In this document: positions 8,897-18,263 of the stretch, piece after piece
Numbering within the stretch: the stretch's first letter is position 1
How the letters are laid out: each line of letters begins with the position of its first letter
Assembly: GCA_052148835.1 (NCBI GenBank)
Contig: JBKQHJ010000244.1
Coordinates: 9,465-73,464, forward strand
DNA length: 64,000 nt
Origin: Bryobacteraceae bacterium
GTDB taxonomy: Bacteria > Acidobacteriota > Terriglobia > Bryobacterales > Bryobacteraceae
Direction of reading: 5' to 3'
Notes under the pieces: model-generated
What the model saw: the letters and a program-made list of their open reading frames with translations, nothing else
The model's database searches: none
What the model was told of the DNA's origin: nothing
Position numbers and translations under genes: made by a program

Positions 8897-10375
8897 ATGG
8901 CATCTGTATTAGCTTCCCCGTCTGAAACTCAAGTCGCATTGCCCGCGACGAAACTTCTTATTAATAATCGGTGGGTGAATAGCCAATCCGGCAAAACTTT
9001 CGCCACCGTCAATCCGACCACCGGCGAAGAGATCTGCCAAGTGGCGGAGGCTGACGCGGCGGACGTAAACATCGCGGTAAAGGCCGCGCGCGCCGCCTTC
9101 GATCATGGTCCGTGGCGGAAGACCAACGGCGTGGAGCGGACGCGGTTGCTAAACCGTCTGGCCGATCTCATCGAAAAGAACGCCGACGAGCTAGCGCGGC
9201 TGGAATCTCTCGATAATGGCAAGCCGCTGGCCGTGGCCAAAGCGGTTGACGTTGCGGCCACCGCCGCTTGCTATCGCTATTATGCCGGCTGGGCGGACAA
9301 GGTGATGGGCAAGACCATCCCCATCGACGGCCCGTTCTTCTGTTACACCCGGCACGAGGCGATTGGCGTTTGCGGCCAGATCATTCCCTGGAATTTCCCC
9401 ATGCTGATGCAAGCCTGGAAGCTGGCGCCCGCGCTCGCGACCGGCAACACTTGCGTACTGAAACCCGCCGAGCAGACTCCGCTGTCGGCGCTACGCATCG
9501 GCGAACTGATTCTGGAAGCCGGTTTCCCGGAAGGCGTGGTCAACATTCTTCCCGGCTACGGCCCGACAGCCGGCGCCGCCATCGCGAACCACATGGACAT
9601 CGACAAAGTTGCTTTCACCGGTTCCACCGAAGTGGGCCATCTCATCCTGGAAGCGGCGGGACGATCCAACTTGAAGCGCGTCTCTCTGGAACTTGGCGGC
9701 AAGAGTCCCAACATCATCTTTGCCGACGCGGACATGGATCAGGCCATCGAAGGCTCCCACATGGGATTGTTTTTCAATCAAGGCCAGGTGTGCTGTGCCG
9801 GCTCGCGCGTGTTTGTCGAAGAGAAGATCTACGACCAGTTCGTGGAAAGCAGTACGGCGCGGGCACGGAAGCGCACGGTGGGCGATCCTTTCAAGGCGAG
9901 TACCGAGCAGGGGCCCCAGGTGGACCAGACCCAATTTGACAAGGTGCTGGGCTATATCGAGAAGGGCCAGAAGGAAGGCGCCAAGATGACCACTGGCGGA
10001 GGACGCGTGGGTGAGAAAGGTTACTTCATCGAGCCGACGGTCTTCTCCGACGTTCAAGACAACATGACGATCGCGAAGGAAGAGATCTTTGGACCGGTGA
10101 TGAGCATCATTCGCTTCAAGAACCTGGACGAAGTGATCGATCGCGCGAATAAGACCGTATATGGTTTGGCCGCCGGCGTCTGGACCAAGGACGTCAGCAA
10201 GGCGCTCGCCATCGCCAATAATGTCCGGGCCGGCACGGTATGGGTGAACTGCTACAACGTGCTGGACACGGCCGCGCCGTTCGGCGGCTTCAAACAATCG
10301 GGTATCGGGCGCGAGCTAGGTGAATACGGCTTGAATCAATACACCGAAGTAAAGACCGTAGTGGTTCACCAGTAG
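8897..10375 (+). CDS. NAD(P)+-dependent aldehyde dehydrogenase
   Basis: 492 aa with ALDH motifs ([15 protein letters not shown], catalytic QVCCAGSR). AAAGGAG lies upstream of the ATG. Confidence 0.92.
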   Translation: MASVLASPSETQVALPATKLLINNRWVNSQSGKTFATVNPTTGEEICQVAEADAADVNIAVKAARAAFDHGPWRKTNGVERTRLLNRLADLIEKNADELARLESLDNGKPLAVAKAVDVAATAACYRYYAGWADKVMGKTIPIDGPFFCYTRHEAIGVCGQIIPWNFPMLMQAWKLAPALATGNTCVLKPAEQTPLSALRIGELILEAGFPEGVVNILPGYGPTAGAAIANHMDIDKVAFTGSTEVGHLILEAAGRSNLKRVSLELGGKSPNIIFADADMDQAIEGSHMGLFFNQGQVCCAGSRVFVEEKIYDQFVESSTARARKRTVGDPFKASTEQGPQVDQTQFDKVLGYIEKGQKEGAKMTTGGGRVGEKGYFIEPTVFSDVQDNMTIAKEEIFGPVMSIIRFKNLDEVIDRANKTVYGLAAGVWTKDVSKALAIANNVRAGTVWVNCYNVLDTAAPFGGFKQSGIGRELGEYGLNQYTEVKTVVVHQ

Positions 10376-10442
10376 CAGATCGGTTAACATCCCATGGGCT
10401 GGCGCCGTCGTGCGTCAGCCCCCCAGACCAGAATGGCCCGTT

Positions 10443-11003
10443 CTAGCTGGCCTGTTGCTTCCCGCGCGCAAAGAAATTCAGAGCCGCTGAGTTCATGCAG
10501 TAACGCAAATGAGTGGGCGGCGGACCATCGTCAAAAACATGTCCCAGGTGCGCGTCGCAGCGGCCGCACTGTACCTCATCTCGTGTCATCCCGTGCGAGT
10601 TGTCCGTTTGCGTCTTGACGTTTTCCTTCGCGATGGGCTGCCAGAAGCTGGGCCAGCCGGTGCCCGATTCAAACTTGGTTTTGGAGTCGAAGAGAACCGT
10701 GTTGCAGCAGATGCAGTGATACAAGCCATCGGCGTGATTGTTGGCGTATTTGCCCGTACCCGGGACCTCGGTTCCCGCCTGGCGTGTGATTTCGTACTGC
10801 TCCGAGGTTAGTTGCTTTCTCCATTCGGCGTCGGGCTTCTCGATTTTTTCGACCTCGACGACGCCCGTGCGTACGCCTGAGGCGTCGAACTCGACAATTC
10901 GCACGGTTTGCTTTTTGCCCGAACTGGCCGCCGACAAACGCCCCACCACCGCCGCGGCCGGGACGGCGCAACCAAGAGCCTTTAGAAACAGTCTCCGCTG
11001 CAT
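10443..11003 (-). CDS. msrB: peptide-methionine (R)-S-oxide reductase MsrB with Tat-type signal peptide
   Basis: [10 protein letters not shown] matches the twin-arginine consensus RRxFLK. Two CxxC Zn motifs (CICC..., CGRC) and the catalytic RYCMNS are present. Confidence 0.9.
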   Translation of the reverse strand: MQRRLFLKALGCAVPAAAVVGRLSAASSGKKQTVRIVEFDASGVRTGVVEVEKIEKPDAEWRKQLTSEQYEITRQAGTEVPGTGKYANNHADGLYHCICCNTVLFDSKTKFESGTGWPSFWQPIAKENVKTQTDNSHGMTRDEVQCGRCDAHLGHVFDDGPPPTHLRYCMNSAALNFFARGKQQAS

Positions 11004-11005
11004 TA

Positions 11006-11647
11006 CTATTTGCCTCCTTTTACCAGTTCTGGATACTGCTTGTGCAGGTTCGCCACTTTCGGAACGTCGTTGTAGGCGACGTAAGGCTGGTTGGGATTGT
11101 GCTGGACGTAGTGCTGATGATATTCTTCGGCACGATAAAAGGCCTGGAGCGGAGCCACCTTCGTCACGATCGGCCTACGGAAAGCTTTCGCGGCGCCCAG
11201 TTGCTGGATGTACGCCTCGGCCACGCGCTTCTGCTCCTCGCTGGTGTAGAAAATTTCCGAGCGGTACTGAGTCCCGTCATCGGGCCCTTGACGATTTAGC
11301 TCCGTCGGATCGTGAACCACTGAAAAGTAGATTTCGAGCAATTTACCGAACGAAATCTGCGATGGATCGAAGGTGACCTGAACGGACTCGGCATGGCCGG
11401 TCGTACCCGTGCTCACGATTTCGTAGTGCGCGTTGGCCTTGCTTCCACCCGCATAGCCAGCCACCGCGGCCGTGACGCCTTTGACATCGTCAAACACCGC
11501 CTCCACACCCCAGAAACATCCACCGGCAAGAACGACGGTTTCAGTCTTGTTCTGGGAGTGAGGTTCATCGACGGCCGGACCCGGCAGAGAGGCCGCGCTC
11601 AAAGTAAAACCGGCGATTGCAAACCAACTAGCGATTTGTTTTAACAT
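11006..11647 (-). CDS. msrA: peptide-methionine (S)-S-oxide reductase MsrA, exported copy
   Basis: Sec-type signal peptide [21 protein letters not shown] followed by [11 protein letters not shown]. Its stop lies 2 nt upstream of the msrB start. Confidence 0.9.
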   Translation of the reverse strand: MLKQIASWFAIAGFTLSAASLPGPAVDEPHSQNKTETVVLAGGCFWGVEAVFDDVKGVTAAVAGYAGGSKANAHYEIVSTGTTGHAESVQVTFDPSQISFGKLLEIYFSVVHDPTELNRQGPDDGTQYRSEIFYTSEEQKRVAEAYIQQLGAAKAFRRPIVTKVAPLQAFYRAEEYHQHYVQHNPNQPYVAYNDVPKVANLHKQYPELVKGGK

Positions 11648-11669
11648 GTCAAGGTTCTCCTTTCGTCTA

Positions 11670-12608
11670 CTACTGCTTGGGCAGCGGCACCGCGTACACT
11701 TTGAACTGTCCGGGGTCTTTGCCCTTCATACTCGGATCGTTTCGATAATTCAATTTCCCCTCGACGATCCATGCCATCCCGCGCGTCGCGGTCACGCCGG
11801 GCGTGCTTTCCAGGCCCTCTTTGATGGTTGTGACCCTGGCTTCTTCCATTTTATCGCCGCCGAAGGTCACGATGTCCATTTTGCCGGAGTTCTCCGCCAG
11901 CAACAGCCGCTGCTTGCCGATCGCTCGCATTCCGTCGGGCCGATCCAACGGCCGCGACAGCTTCAGGTCGACAACCGCCGTCGATTTTCCATCCGGGCCG
12001 AGCGTCAGCCGTACGATTTTGCCGGCGGTGACGCTGTTCACATACAACGTGGTCTTATCGCCAAAAGCCAGGCCGTCGGCGCCGGCCAGAAGCGGATCCT
12101 TGGCTGCCACCTCCAGCGCCTTCGCTCCCCTCTTCAGCATTACGATGCTGCCCTGCCGCGTATCGGAGACGTAAGCGGTTCCATCCGGCGCCACCGCGAT
12201 GTCGTTGCACAACGGTCCTTGGCCCGGCAACAGATAGGTATTTTGGGGCGCGCCGGTTTTCAGATCGAAGGTCATCACCGAGGTCGCCTCGCCCTTGCCG
12301 TCCAGATTGTTGGAACAAACCCACAACTTTTTGCCCTTTTCGTCGGCGAAGACGCCGAGCACGCCATTCAGCCCGCCCGTGCCAGGCTTGATCCACTCCT
12401 CGGCCTCGGTTTTCCCCGGCGCGATCCGTAGCACGTTCCCGTGTCCCAGACTTCCGGAGATCAAGGTCCCGTCCGCGGTGGAGGTAATGCTCTCTGGAAA
12501 CACCAGCGTACCGGGAAGCGTGATCTCGGTAATGGCTGGTGCGGCGGAAAGTCCCGCCGCCAGTACGGTCGCGCCGAACATATACTGTAAGCAGTTGAGT
12601 CGTTTCAT
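11670..12608 (-). CDS. exported beta-propeller protein (SMP-30/gluconolactonase/LRE-like or NHL-like)
   Basis: The start was set at ATG 12608 (MKRLNCLQYMFGATVLAAGLSA signal peptide, GGAGAGG upstream). Repeated propeller-blade-like segments (DGTLISGS, PDGTAYVSD, GADGLAF, PDGMRAI). Confidence 0.6.
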   Translation of the reverse strand: MKRLNCLQYMFGATVLAAGLSAAPAITEITLPGTLVFPESITSTADGTLISGSLGHGNVLRIAPGKTEAEEWIKPGTGGLNGVLGVFADEKGKKLWVCSNNLDGKGEATSVMTFDLKTGAPQNTYLLPGQGPLCNDIAVAPDGTAYVSDTRQGSIVMLKRGAKALEVAAKDPLLAGADGLAFGDKTTLYVNSVTAGKIVRLTLGPDGKSTAVVDLKLSRPLDRPDGMRAIGKQRLLLAENSGKMDIVTFGGDKMEEARVTTIKEGLESTPGVTATRGMAWIVEGKLNYRNDPSMKGKDPGQFKVYAVPLPKQ

Positions 12609-12696
12609 GGCCTCTCCACGAGAAATCGAGTCCTCTCGCATGCCGTGTATACTAGACTCCGTCACTCATACGCGACACCGGTAACCCGCGATCATT

Positions 12697-14472
12697 ATGA
12701 TACTACTCCTTGTGGCTTTTCTGGGCGGCATCCTCACCATTATCAGCCCTTGTATTTTGCCGGTCCTTCCCTTTGTGTTCGCCAAAGCCGACCAGCCCTT
12801 CCGCAAGAGCGGGCTCCCGCTGCTGGCCGGCATGGCGATCACATTCGCGGGATTTGCAGCGGTCGCTACAGTAGGCGGCGCATGGGTGGTGCGCGCCAAT
12901 CAGTACGGCCGCTGGGCCGCACTCGTGGTCCTGGCAATCTTCGGTTTGACTCTGCTTTGGCCCGCGCTAGCCGATTGGCTTTCGCGGCCTTTCGTCCGGC
13001 TCGGCAGCCGCATCTCGCAACCATCCACCGACGCCTCCCATTCAAGCTGGTCTCGTTCTTTGTTGCTGGGTGTCGCCACGGGCTTGCTGTGGGCTCCCTG
13101 CGCGGGACCGATTCTCGGACTGATCCTGACCGGAGCGGCACTCCAAGGCGCGAACCAACACAGCGCCTTCTTGCTACTGGCTTACGCGGCGGGTGCGGCG
13201 GTCTCCTTAGCCGTGGCGGTGTTGGCGGGTGGACAAGTGTTCGCCGCGCTCAAACGTTCCTTGAAAGCCGAAGCTTGGATACGCAGCGCCTTGGGCGTCG
13301 CGGTGTTAGCCGGAGTGGCGGCCATTGCGTTGGGCCTGGATCGCGGTGTGTTGACGCAGGTCTCGCTCGCGAGCACGTCCGGATTAGAGCAATCGCTCAT
13401 CGATCGCCTGCATGCCGCCCCGCAGCCACCAAACGATCAGGCCAAAGACGGTCAGAACAAGCCAGGCGGAATGATGATGATAATGTCCTCGTCAGCAGCG
13501 GGCGCGGCGACCGGGCCCCAGACGCTGCCCGATCTTTCCGGCGCCGTTGCATGGCTCAATTCCCCGCCCTTGAATCGCGATCAACTCAAGGGCCACGTCG
13601 TCCTGGTCGATTTTTGGACTTACTCCTGCATCAATTGCCTGCGCTCCATACCGTACGTTGAAGCCTGGGCCGAGAAGTACAAAAACACCGGCCTGGTCGT
13701 CATCGGAGTGCATACGCCGGAGTTCGCCTTCGAGAAAGATCTGAACAACGTCAAGCGCGCGGTTAGTGAATTGAAAATCACCTACCCGGTCGCGCTCGAC
13801 AACGATTACAAGATTTGGAAAGCGTTCAGCAATTCCTTTTGGCCGGCCGACTATCTGGTGGACGCCACCGGCCACATTCGGCACCATCACTTCGGCGAAG
13901 GAAAATACGACGAAACCGAGCAGCAGATCCAGGATCTGTTGAAGGAGCGCGACGGGCAGTTAGCCGTTACCGGACTGGTGAAGGTTTCCGCTACGGGTGC
14001 CGAAGCGCCGCCGGATAACGACGTCGAGTCGCCCGAGACCTATGTCGGTTACGAGCGCGCCGATAGCTTCCTGTCGCCAGGTGGATTGAAGCAGGAGACT
14101 GCGCATGTCTACTCGCTGCCCAAGCATCTGGAGCTCAACCAGTGGGGCTTCGGGGGCAATTGGACCGATCACCCGCAAGTTGCGATTCTCGACTCGATGC
14201 GCGGCCGAATCGCCTACCGGTTCCACGCGCGAGATCTGCATTTGGTGCTGGGGCCCGCGGCAAACGGACGGCCGGTGCGTTTCCGGGTCACGCTCGACGG
14301 TAAAGCGCCAGGGCCGAATCACGGCGTAGATACTGACGCGGCGGGCGAGGGAAAAATCACCGACCACCGTCTCTACCAACTCATTCGCCAGAAGGGCGCC
14401 ATTGACGACCGCACTTTTGAGATCGAGTTTCTCGATCCCGGCGCGCAAGCGTTTGCCTTTACGTTTGGCTAA
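12697..14472 (+). CDS. dipZ: DipZ-type protein: CcdA/DsbD-like membrane thiol-disulfide transporter fused to a thioredoxin-like domain
   Basis: 591 aa. N-terminal multi-TM CcdA-like domain (ISPCILPVLP, WAPCAGP), then a thioredoxin fold with WTYSCINCLRS, then a C-terminal DipZ-like extension. Confidence 0.85.
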   Translation: MILLLVAFLGGILTIISPCILPVLPFVFAKADQPFRKSGLPLLAGMAITFAGFAAVATVGGAWVVRANQYGRWAALVVLAIFGLTLLWPALADWLSRPFVRLGSRISQPSTDASHSSWSRSLLLGVATGLLWAPCAGPILGLILTGAALQGANQHSAFLLLAYAAGAAVSLAVAVLAGGQVFAALKRSLKAEAWIRSALGVAVLAGVAAIALGLDRGVLTQVSLASTSGLEQSLIDRLHAAPQPPNDQAKDGQNKPGGMMMIMSSSAAGAATGPQTLPDLSGAVAWLNSPPLNRDQLKGHVVLVDFWTYSCINCLRSIPYVEAWAEKYKNTGLVVIGVHTPEFAFEKDLNNVKRAVSELKITYPVALDNDYKIWKAFSNSFWPADYLVDATGHIRHHHFGEGKYDETEQQIQDLLKERDGQLAVTGLVKVSATGAEAPPDNDVESPETYVGYERADSFLSPGGLKQETAHVYSLPKHLELNQWGFGGNWTDHPQVAILDSMRGRIAYRFHARDLHLVLGPAANGRPVRFRVTLDGKAPGPNHGVDTDAAGEGKITDHRLYQLIRQKGAIDDRTFEIEFLDPGAQAFAFTFG

Positions 14473-14475
14473 CCG

Positions 14476-14901
14476 TCATTTCGGCTTAGCAGCTTCAAAA
14501 CGAATCTTCCCGAGCGCCGCGGCATCGCTGGGCAGTTCCTTCTGCCCTGGGGGAAAGCTATTGGACGTGAACAAGAACGCGAGAATATCAGCGGTTTGTT
14601 CCCGGCTCAAGCTTCCCGGTTTATCGGCGGGCATGGTGGCCTGCACCTTGTCGAAGAGATCGCCGGCGCTTTGTCCGTTCCAGTTGCTCTGGAAGCCGGC
14701 GCCCGCGAGCGGCGGCGCGGCTCCGCTGCCATCCAGGGCTGAGCCATGGCAGGAGGCGCATTCCTTGGCGTAGGCCGCTTTTCCGCGGTCCGCTTGCTCC
14801 GCCGTATACACACCGTCCCACACCGAGGCCGCTTGCTGCGCCAGCATCGCGCCCGCCAAGAAGAGAATCAACCCAATTCCATTTTTCACGCTGGACACCA
14901 T
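14476..14901 (-). CDS. exported mono-haem cytochrome c
   Basis: CASCH haem-binding motif and a signal peptide from ATG 14901 (MVSSVKNGIGLILFLAGAMLA). The ORF track begins at an upstream GTG (14925). Confidence 0.75.
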   Translation of the reverse strand: MVSSVKNGIGLILFLAGAMLAQQAASVWDGVYTAEQADRGKAAYAKECASCHGSALDGSGAAPPLAGAGFQSNWNGQSAGDLFDKVQATMPADKPGSLSREQTADILAFLFTSNSFPPGQKELPSDAAALGKIRFEAAKPK

Positions 14902-14937
14902 TCTACGCGGCTTTTCCACTATCACTGATATGGGAGA

Positions 14938-16209
14938 ATGTTTCTGATGAAACGTCTGAATTGCATCGCGCTTACGGCGCTATTTGCGGGATCGATCGCG
15001 GCGGCCGCCACTCCGCCCGCTTGCGACGCCGATAACGGCGGCATTACCTTGCCCACCGGCTTTTGCGCGCTGGTCGCCGTGGACGGCCTCGGCGCGGCGC
15101 GGCATCTCGTGGTCGCTCCCAACGGCGATGTTTATGTCGCGCTCCAAAACTCGAGGACGGCCAGCGGAGGCGTCGTCGCGTTGCGCGACACCAAGGGTGA
15201 CGGACACTTCGACATGAAAGAATCTTTTGGCGAAGGCAGCAGCACCGGCATTGCGCTCCGCAACGGTTATCTGTACGTCGCCAAGATGAATTTAGTCGAA
15301 CGCTATAAGATGACGCCTGGCCAATTGAAGCCCGCGGGGCCGCCCGAAGTGGTTGTCATGGGCCTGGAAGGAGTGGCTCAGCACGGCGACAAGGGCATTG
15401 CCTTCGATGGCAAAGGCTCGCTATACGTCAATGTCGGCGCACCCTCCAATGCCTGCCAGACCAAGGATCGAACGCCGAAATCTCCAGGGCAAGATCCCTG
15501 CCCGATCCTCGAAAAACATGGCGGCATCTGGAAGTTCGATGAGAACAAACTCGGACAAACACAGAACGACGGCGTGCGCTTCGCCACCGGCCTGCGTCAG
15601 ATGCCGGCCATCGCCTGGCACGATGGCGCACTTTACATCGCGATGAACAATCGCGACCAGCTCGACGTGTTGTGGCCCGGCACGTTCACCGCGCAGGAGA
15701 ACGCCGATCGTCCCGCCGAGCCGTTGTACCGCGCCGTGCAGGGTTCCAACTTCGGCTGGCCATTTTGCTTTTATGATTACGGCCAGAAGAAGTTCTTCAC
15801 CAATCCCGAATACGGCGGGGACGGCAAGACCTCGGATCGCTGCGGTTCGTTCACGCCCCCTGTGGCTGCCTTCCCGGCCCATTGGGCGCCGGTGGACATC
15901 ATGTTTTATTCCGGCAAGCAATTTCCGAAGAAGTATGACGGCGGTGCATTCATCGCTTTCCATGGCTCCTGGAATCGCGCGCCGTTGCCGCAAGCCGGCT
16001 ATAACGTGACCTTCCAGCCGTTCTCGGGCGGAAAGCCGTCAGGCGACTTCGAGGTATTCGCGAGTGGTTTTACGGGCAAGTCGCCACTCATGAATCCCGG
16101 CGATGCAGTGGCCCGCCCCGACGGAGTGGCGCAAGCTCCCGACGGTTCGCTATACATTACCGACAGCCAGAAGGGCCGAGTGTGGCACGTGTTCTATCGC
16201 GGGAAGTAG
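14938..16209 (+). CDS. exported PQQ-dependent sugar (glucose/sorbosone) dehydrogenase-like beta-propeller
   Basis: Signal peptide, propeller-like repeats and a C-terminal RPDGVAQAPDGSLYITDSQKGRVWHV typical of this family. Confidence 0.7.
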   Translation: MFLMKRLNCIALTALFAGSIAAAATPPACDADNGGITLPTGFCALVAVDGLGAARHLVVAPNGDVYVALQNSRTASGGVVALRDTKGDGHFDMKESFGEGSSTGIALRNGYLYVAKMNLVERYKMTPGQLKPAGPPEVVVMGLEGVAQHGDKGIAFDGKGSLYVNVGAPSNACQTKDRTPKSPGQDPCPILEKHGGIWKFDENKLGQTQNDGVRFATGLRQMPAIAWHDGALYIAMNNRDQLDVLWPGTFTAQENADRPAEPLYRAVQGSNFGWPFCFYDYGQKKFFTNPEYGGDGKTSDRCGSFTPPVAAFPAHWAPVDIMFYSGKQFPKKYDGGAFIAFHGSWNRAPLPQAGYNVTFQPFSGGKPSGDFEVFASGFTGKSPLMNPGDAVARPDGVAQAPDGSLYITDSQKGRVWHVFYRGK

Positions 16210-16215
16210 TCCGGC

Positions 16216-16580
16216 ATGAACGAAGATTTCGATTACAGTGACGATCCGGTCAACGTTTATCTGCGCGAAATTTCGAACGTTCGGCCGCTGACTCCCGAGC
16301 AAGAGAGGGAATGCGTCCGGCATAATCCGTGCCAAGGACGAACAAGCGGATCTGGTCGACGAAGGAGCTGATGGAAAGGGTCGCTCCGTTAGTGGTCGCG
16401 ATCGCAAGAAAATATCCCAGCGACCGCATTCACATTTTGGACTTGATCATGCAGGGAAACGACGCACTGCTAAACGCAGCCCGCGCTTTTGCCGACAGCG
16501 ACGCCCACGATTTTTCCGCTTTCGCCACGCCCTTCATCGAAAACGCGATCGTTCACGCAGTCACCACCCCAGATTGCTGA
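16216..16580 (+). pseudogene. decayed sigma-70 family gene remnant (regions 1.2 and 2 only, frame-disrupted)
   Basis: Frame 1 (16216..16371) encodes DPVNVYLREISNVRPLTPEQERE, which is region 1.2-like. Frame 3 (16329..16580) encodes VAPLVVAIARKY...ILDLIMQGNDALLNAARAF, which is region 2-like. No region 3 or 4 follows, and the 3' end overlaps the cdsA stop region. Confidence 0.5.
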
Positions 16581-17331
16581 CCACAATATAAACCACCGGC
16601 AGCGCGAACAAACTGCTATCCACACGGTCCAGCCACCCGCCGTGGCCCGGCAGCAAATTTCCGCTATCCTTCACTCCCGCGCCGCGCTTGATCGCCGATT
16701 CGCACAGGTCGCCCAATTGACCCGCGACGTTCGCAATCACCGTCAATGCCAAAGCTGGGGCCAGAGGCGCCGCCGGCAACAGCCATCGAAAGAAGATCGC
16801 GCCGTAGATCACCGACGCGACGGCGGAACCGATAGAACCTTCCCACGACTTCCCAGGGCTCACTTCCGGCGCCAGTTTGTGCCGCCCAAACATCCGTCCC
16901 ACATAGAGAGCCGCAATGTCGCCCGCCCAGTTGAGCGACAAAGCAAAGAACAGCCAATATGCGCTGATAACGCGCAACTCGACCGCGCATCGCAACGACC
17001 CAAAAATGTAGGCGACACCTAGCAGCAACGCCGCCGCGTCCGGCAGTGCGTGCGACATTTCGCGCGATCGCAGCGCCAGCGACATCGCCAGAATCGTAAT
17101 CAGGACAAAAAGCGCGCCATATTGGCCGGGCAGCAGCAACAACAGCAGCCCCGCCGCATACCCAAACACGTTCGGCTTTGCGATCCCATGCAGCGCCGCG
17201 AGTTGGCTGTACTCGTAGAAGCACAGCAGCGCCACGGCCGACACCGTCACCAGGAATGCCCACGGCGGAGCCCACAGCACGATGTAGCAGAAAAACGGGA
17301 TCAGGAGAAGCGCAGTGACGATGCGCTTCAT
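16561..17331 (-). CDS. cdsA: phosphatidate cytidylyltransferase
   Basis: 256 aa, polytopic, with the C-terminal CdsA signature SAIKRGAGVKDSGNLLPGHGGWLDRVDS. Confidence 0.9.
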   Translation of the reverse strand: MKRIVTALLLIPFFCYIVLWAPPWAFLVTVSAVALLCFYEYSQLAALHGIAKPNVFGYAAGLLLLLLPGQYGALFVLITILAMSLALRSREMSHALPDAAALLLGVAYIFGSLRCAVELRVISAYWLFFALSLNWAGDIAALYVGRMFGRHKLAPEVSPGKSWEGSIGSAVASVIYGAIFFRWLLPAAPLAPALALTVIANVAGQLGDLCESAIKRGAGVKDSGNLLPGHGGWLDRVDSSLFALPVVYIVVSNLGW

Positions 17332-18182
17332 TATCCCAGCGAGCCGGGCGCCAGCGAGCCGACCATTTCAACCCACTCGTTCTCGGCGACCCCGGGGCCG
17401 AGACCGCCGAAACGCCGGTCGCGCTTCTGGTATTCCAGAATGGCGTCGAGCAGATCGGCGCGCCCGAAGTCGGGCCACAACGTTTCGGTGACGTATAGCT
17501 CCGCGTAGGCGATCTGCCAAAGCAGAAAGTTGCTGATTCGCATTTCACCCGAGGTCCGGATCAGAAGATCGGGATCCGGAAGGCCCGCCGTGTAAAGCCG
17601 CGACGCGATGGCCTGCTCATCGATGCGCAATTCGCGCAGCCGTCCGGCGAGGCGCGCCTCTTCCAGGATCGAATTGAGTGCGTCCACCAGTTCCGCCCGC
17701 CCACTGTAATTGATGGCGACGTTCAGCCGCATTCCGGTGTTATGCGCGGTGGCCTGGATGGCGGTTTCGAGCTCCTGCCGCACCGGCGCCGGAAGCTCAT
17801 CCATGCGGCCCATGCAAGAGAATCGAATCCCGTTGCGCAGCAGATCCGGAAGTTCGCGGCTTATATAAAGGCGCAGCAATCTCCAGAGCATATCCACTTC
17901 GGCGCGAGGCCGCTTCCAGTTTTCCGCCGAGAACGCGTAGAGGGTCAGCGCCCGGATCCCCAACCGCGTGCAGGTCTCGATCGTGCTCCGGACCGGGTCC
18001 ATGCCGGCTTTGTGTCCCGCCACGCGCGGCAGATTGCGTCTGCGTGCCCAGCGGCCGTTGCCGTCCATGATGATTGCGATGTGTGCCGGCAACCGGCTGG
18101 GATCAATCGATTGGGCGAGCATCCAATCTTTGCTCGCCGGCTTGAGAACCTCAAACAGATCGTCTATGGAACTAGGCGGCAT
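17331..18182 (-). CDS. uppS: isoprenyl transferase (undecaprenyl-diphosphate synthase)
   Basis: HIAIIMDGNGRWA and the FSAENWKRP...LIRTSGEMRISNFLLWQ motifs are present. The stop overlaps the cdsA start by 1 nt. Confidence 0.92.
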   Translation of the reverse strand: MPPSSIDDLFEVLKPASKDWMLAQSIDPSRLPAHIAIIMDGNGRWARRRNLPRVAGHKAGMDPVRSTIETCTRLGIRALTLYAFSAENWKRPRAEVDMLWRLLRLYISRELPDLLRNGIRFSCMGRMDELPAPVRQELETAIQATAHNTGMRLNVAINYSGRAELVDALNSILEEARLAGRLRELRIDEQAIASRLYTAGLPDPDLLIRTSGEMRISNFLLWQIAYAELYVTETLWPDFGRADLLDAILEYQKRDRRFGGLGPGVAENEWVEMVGSLAPGSLG

Positions 18183-18263
18183 GACACGCGATCGTATCTT
18201 AAGCTAAATTGCTTTGGGCTAAATTGCTATGGTACACCGGATTGCCGTTTCGTTCAGCGCGCT

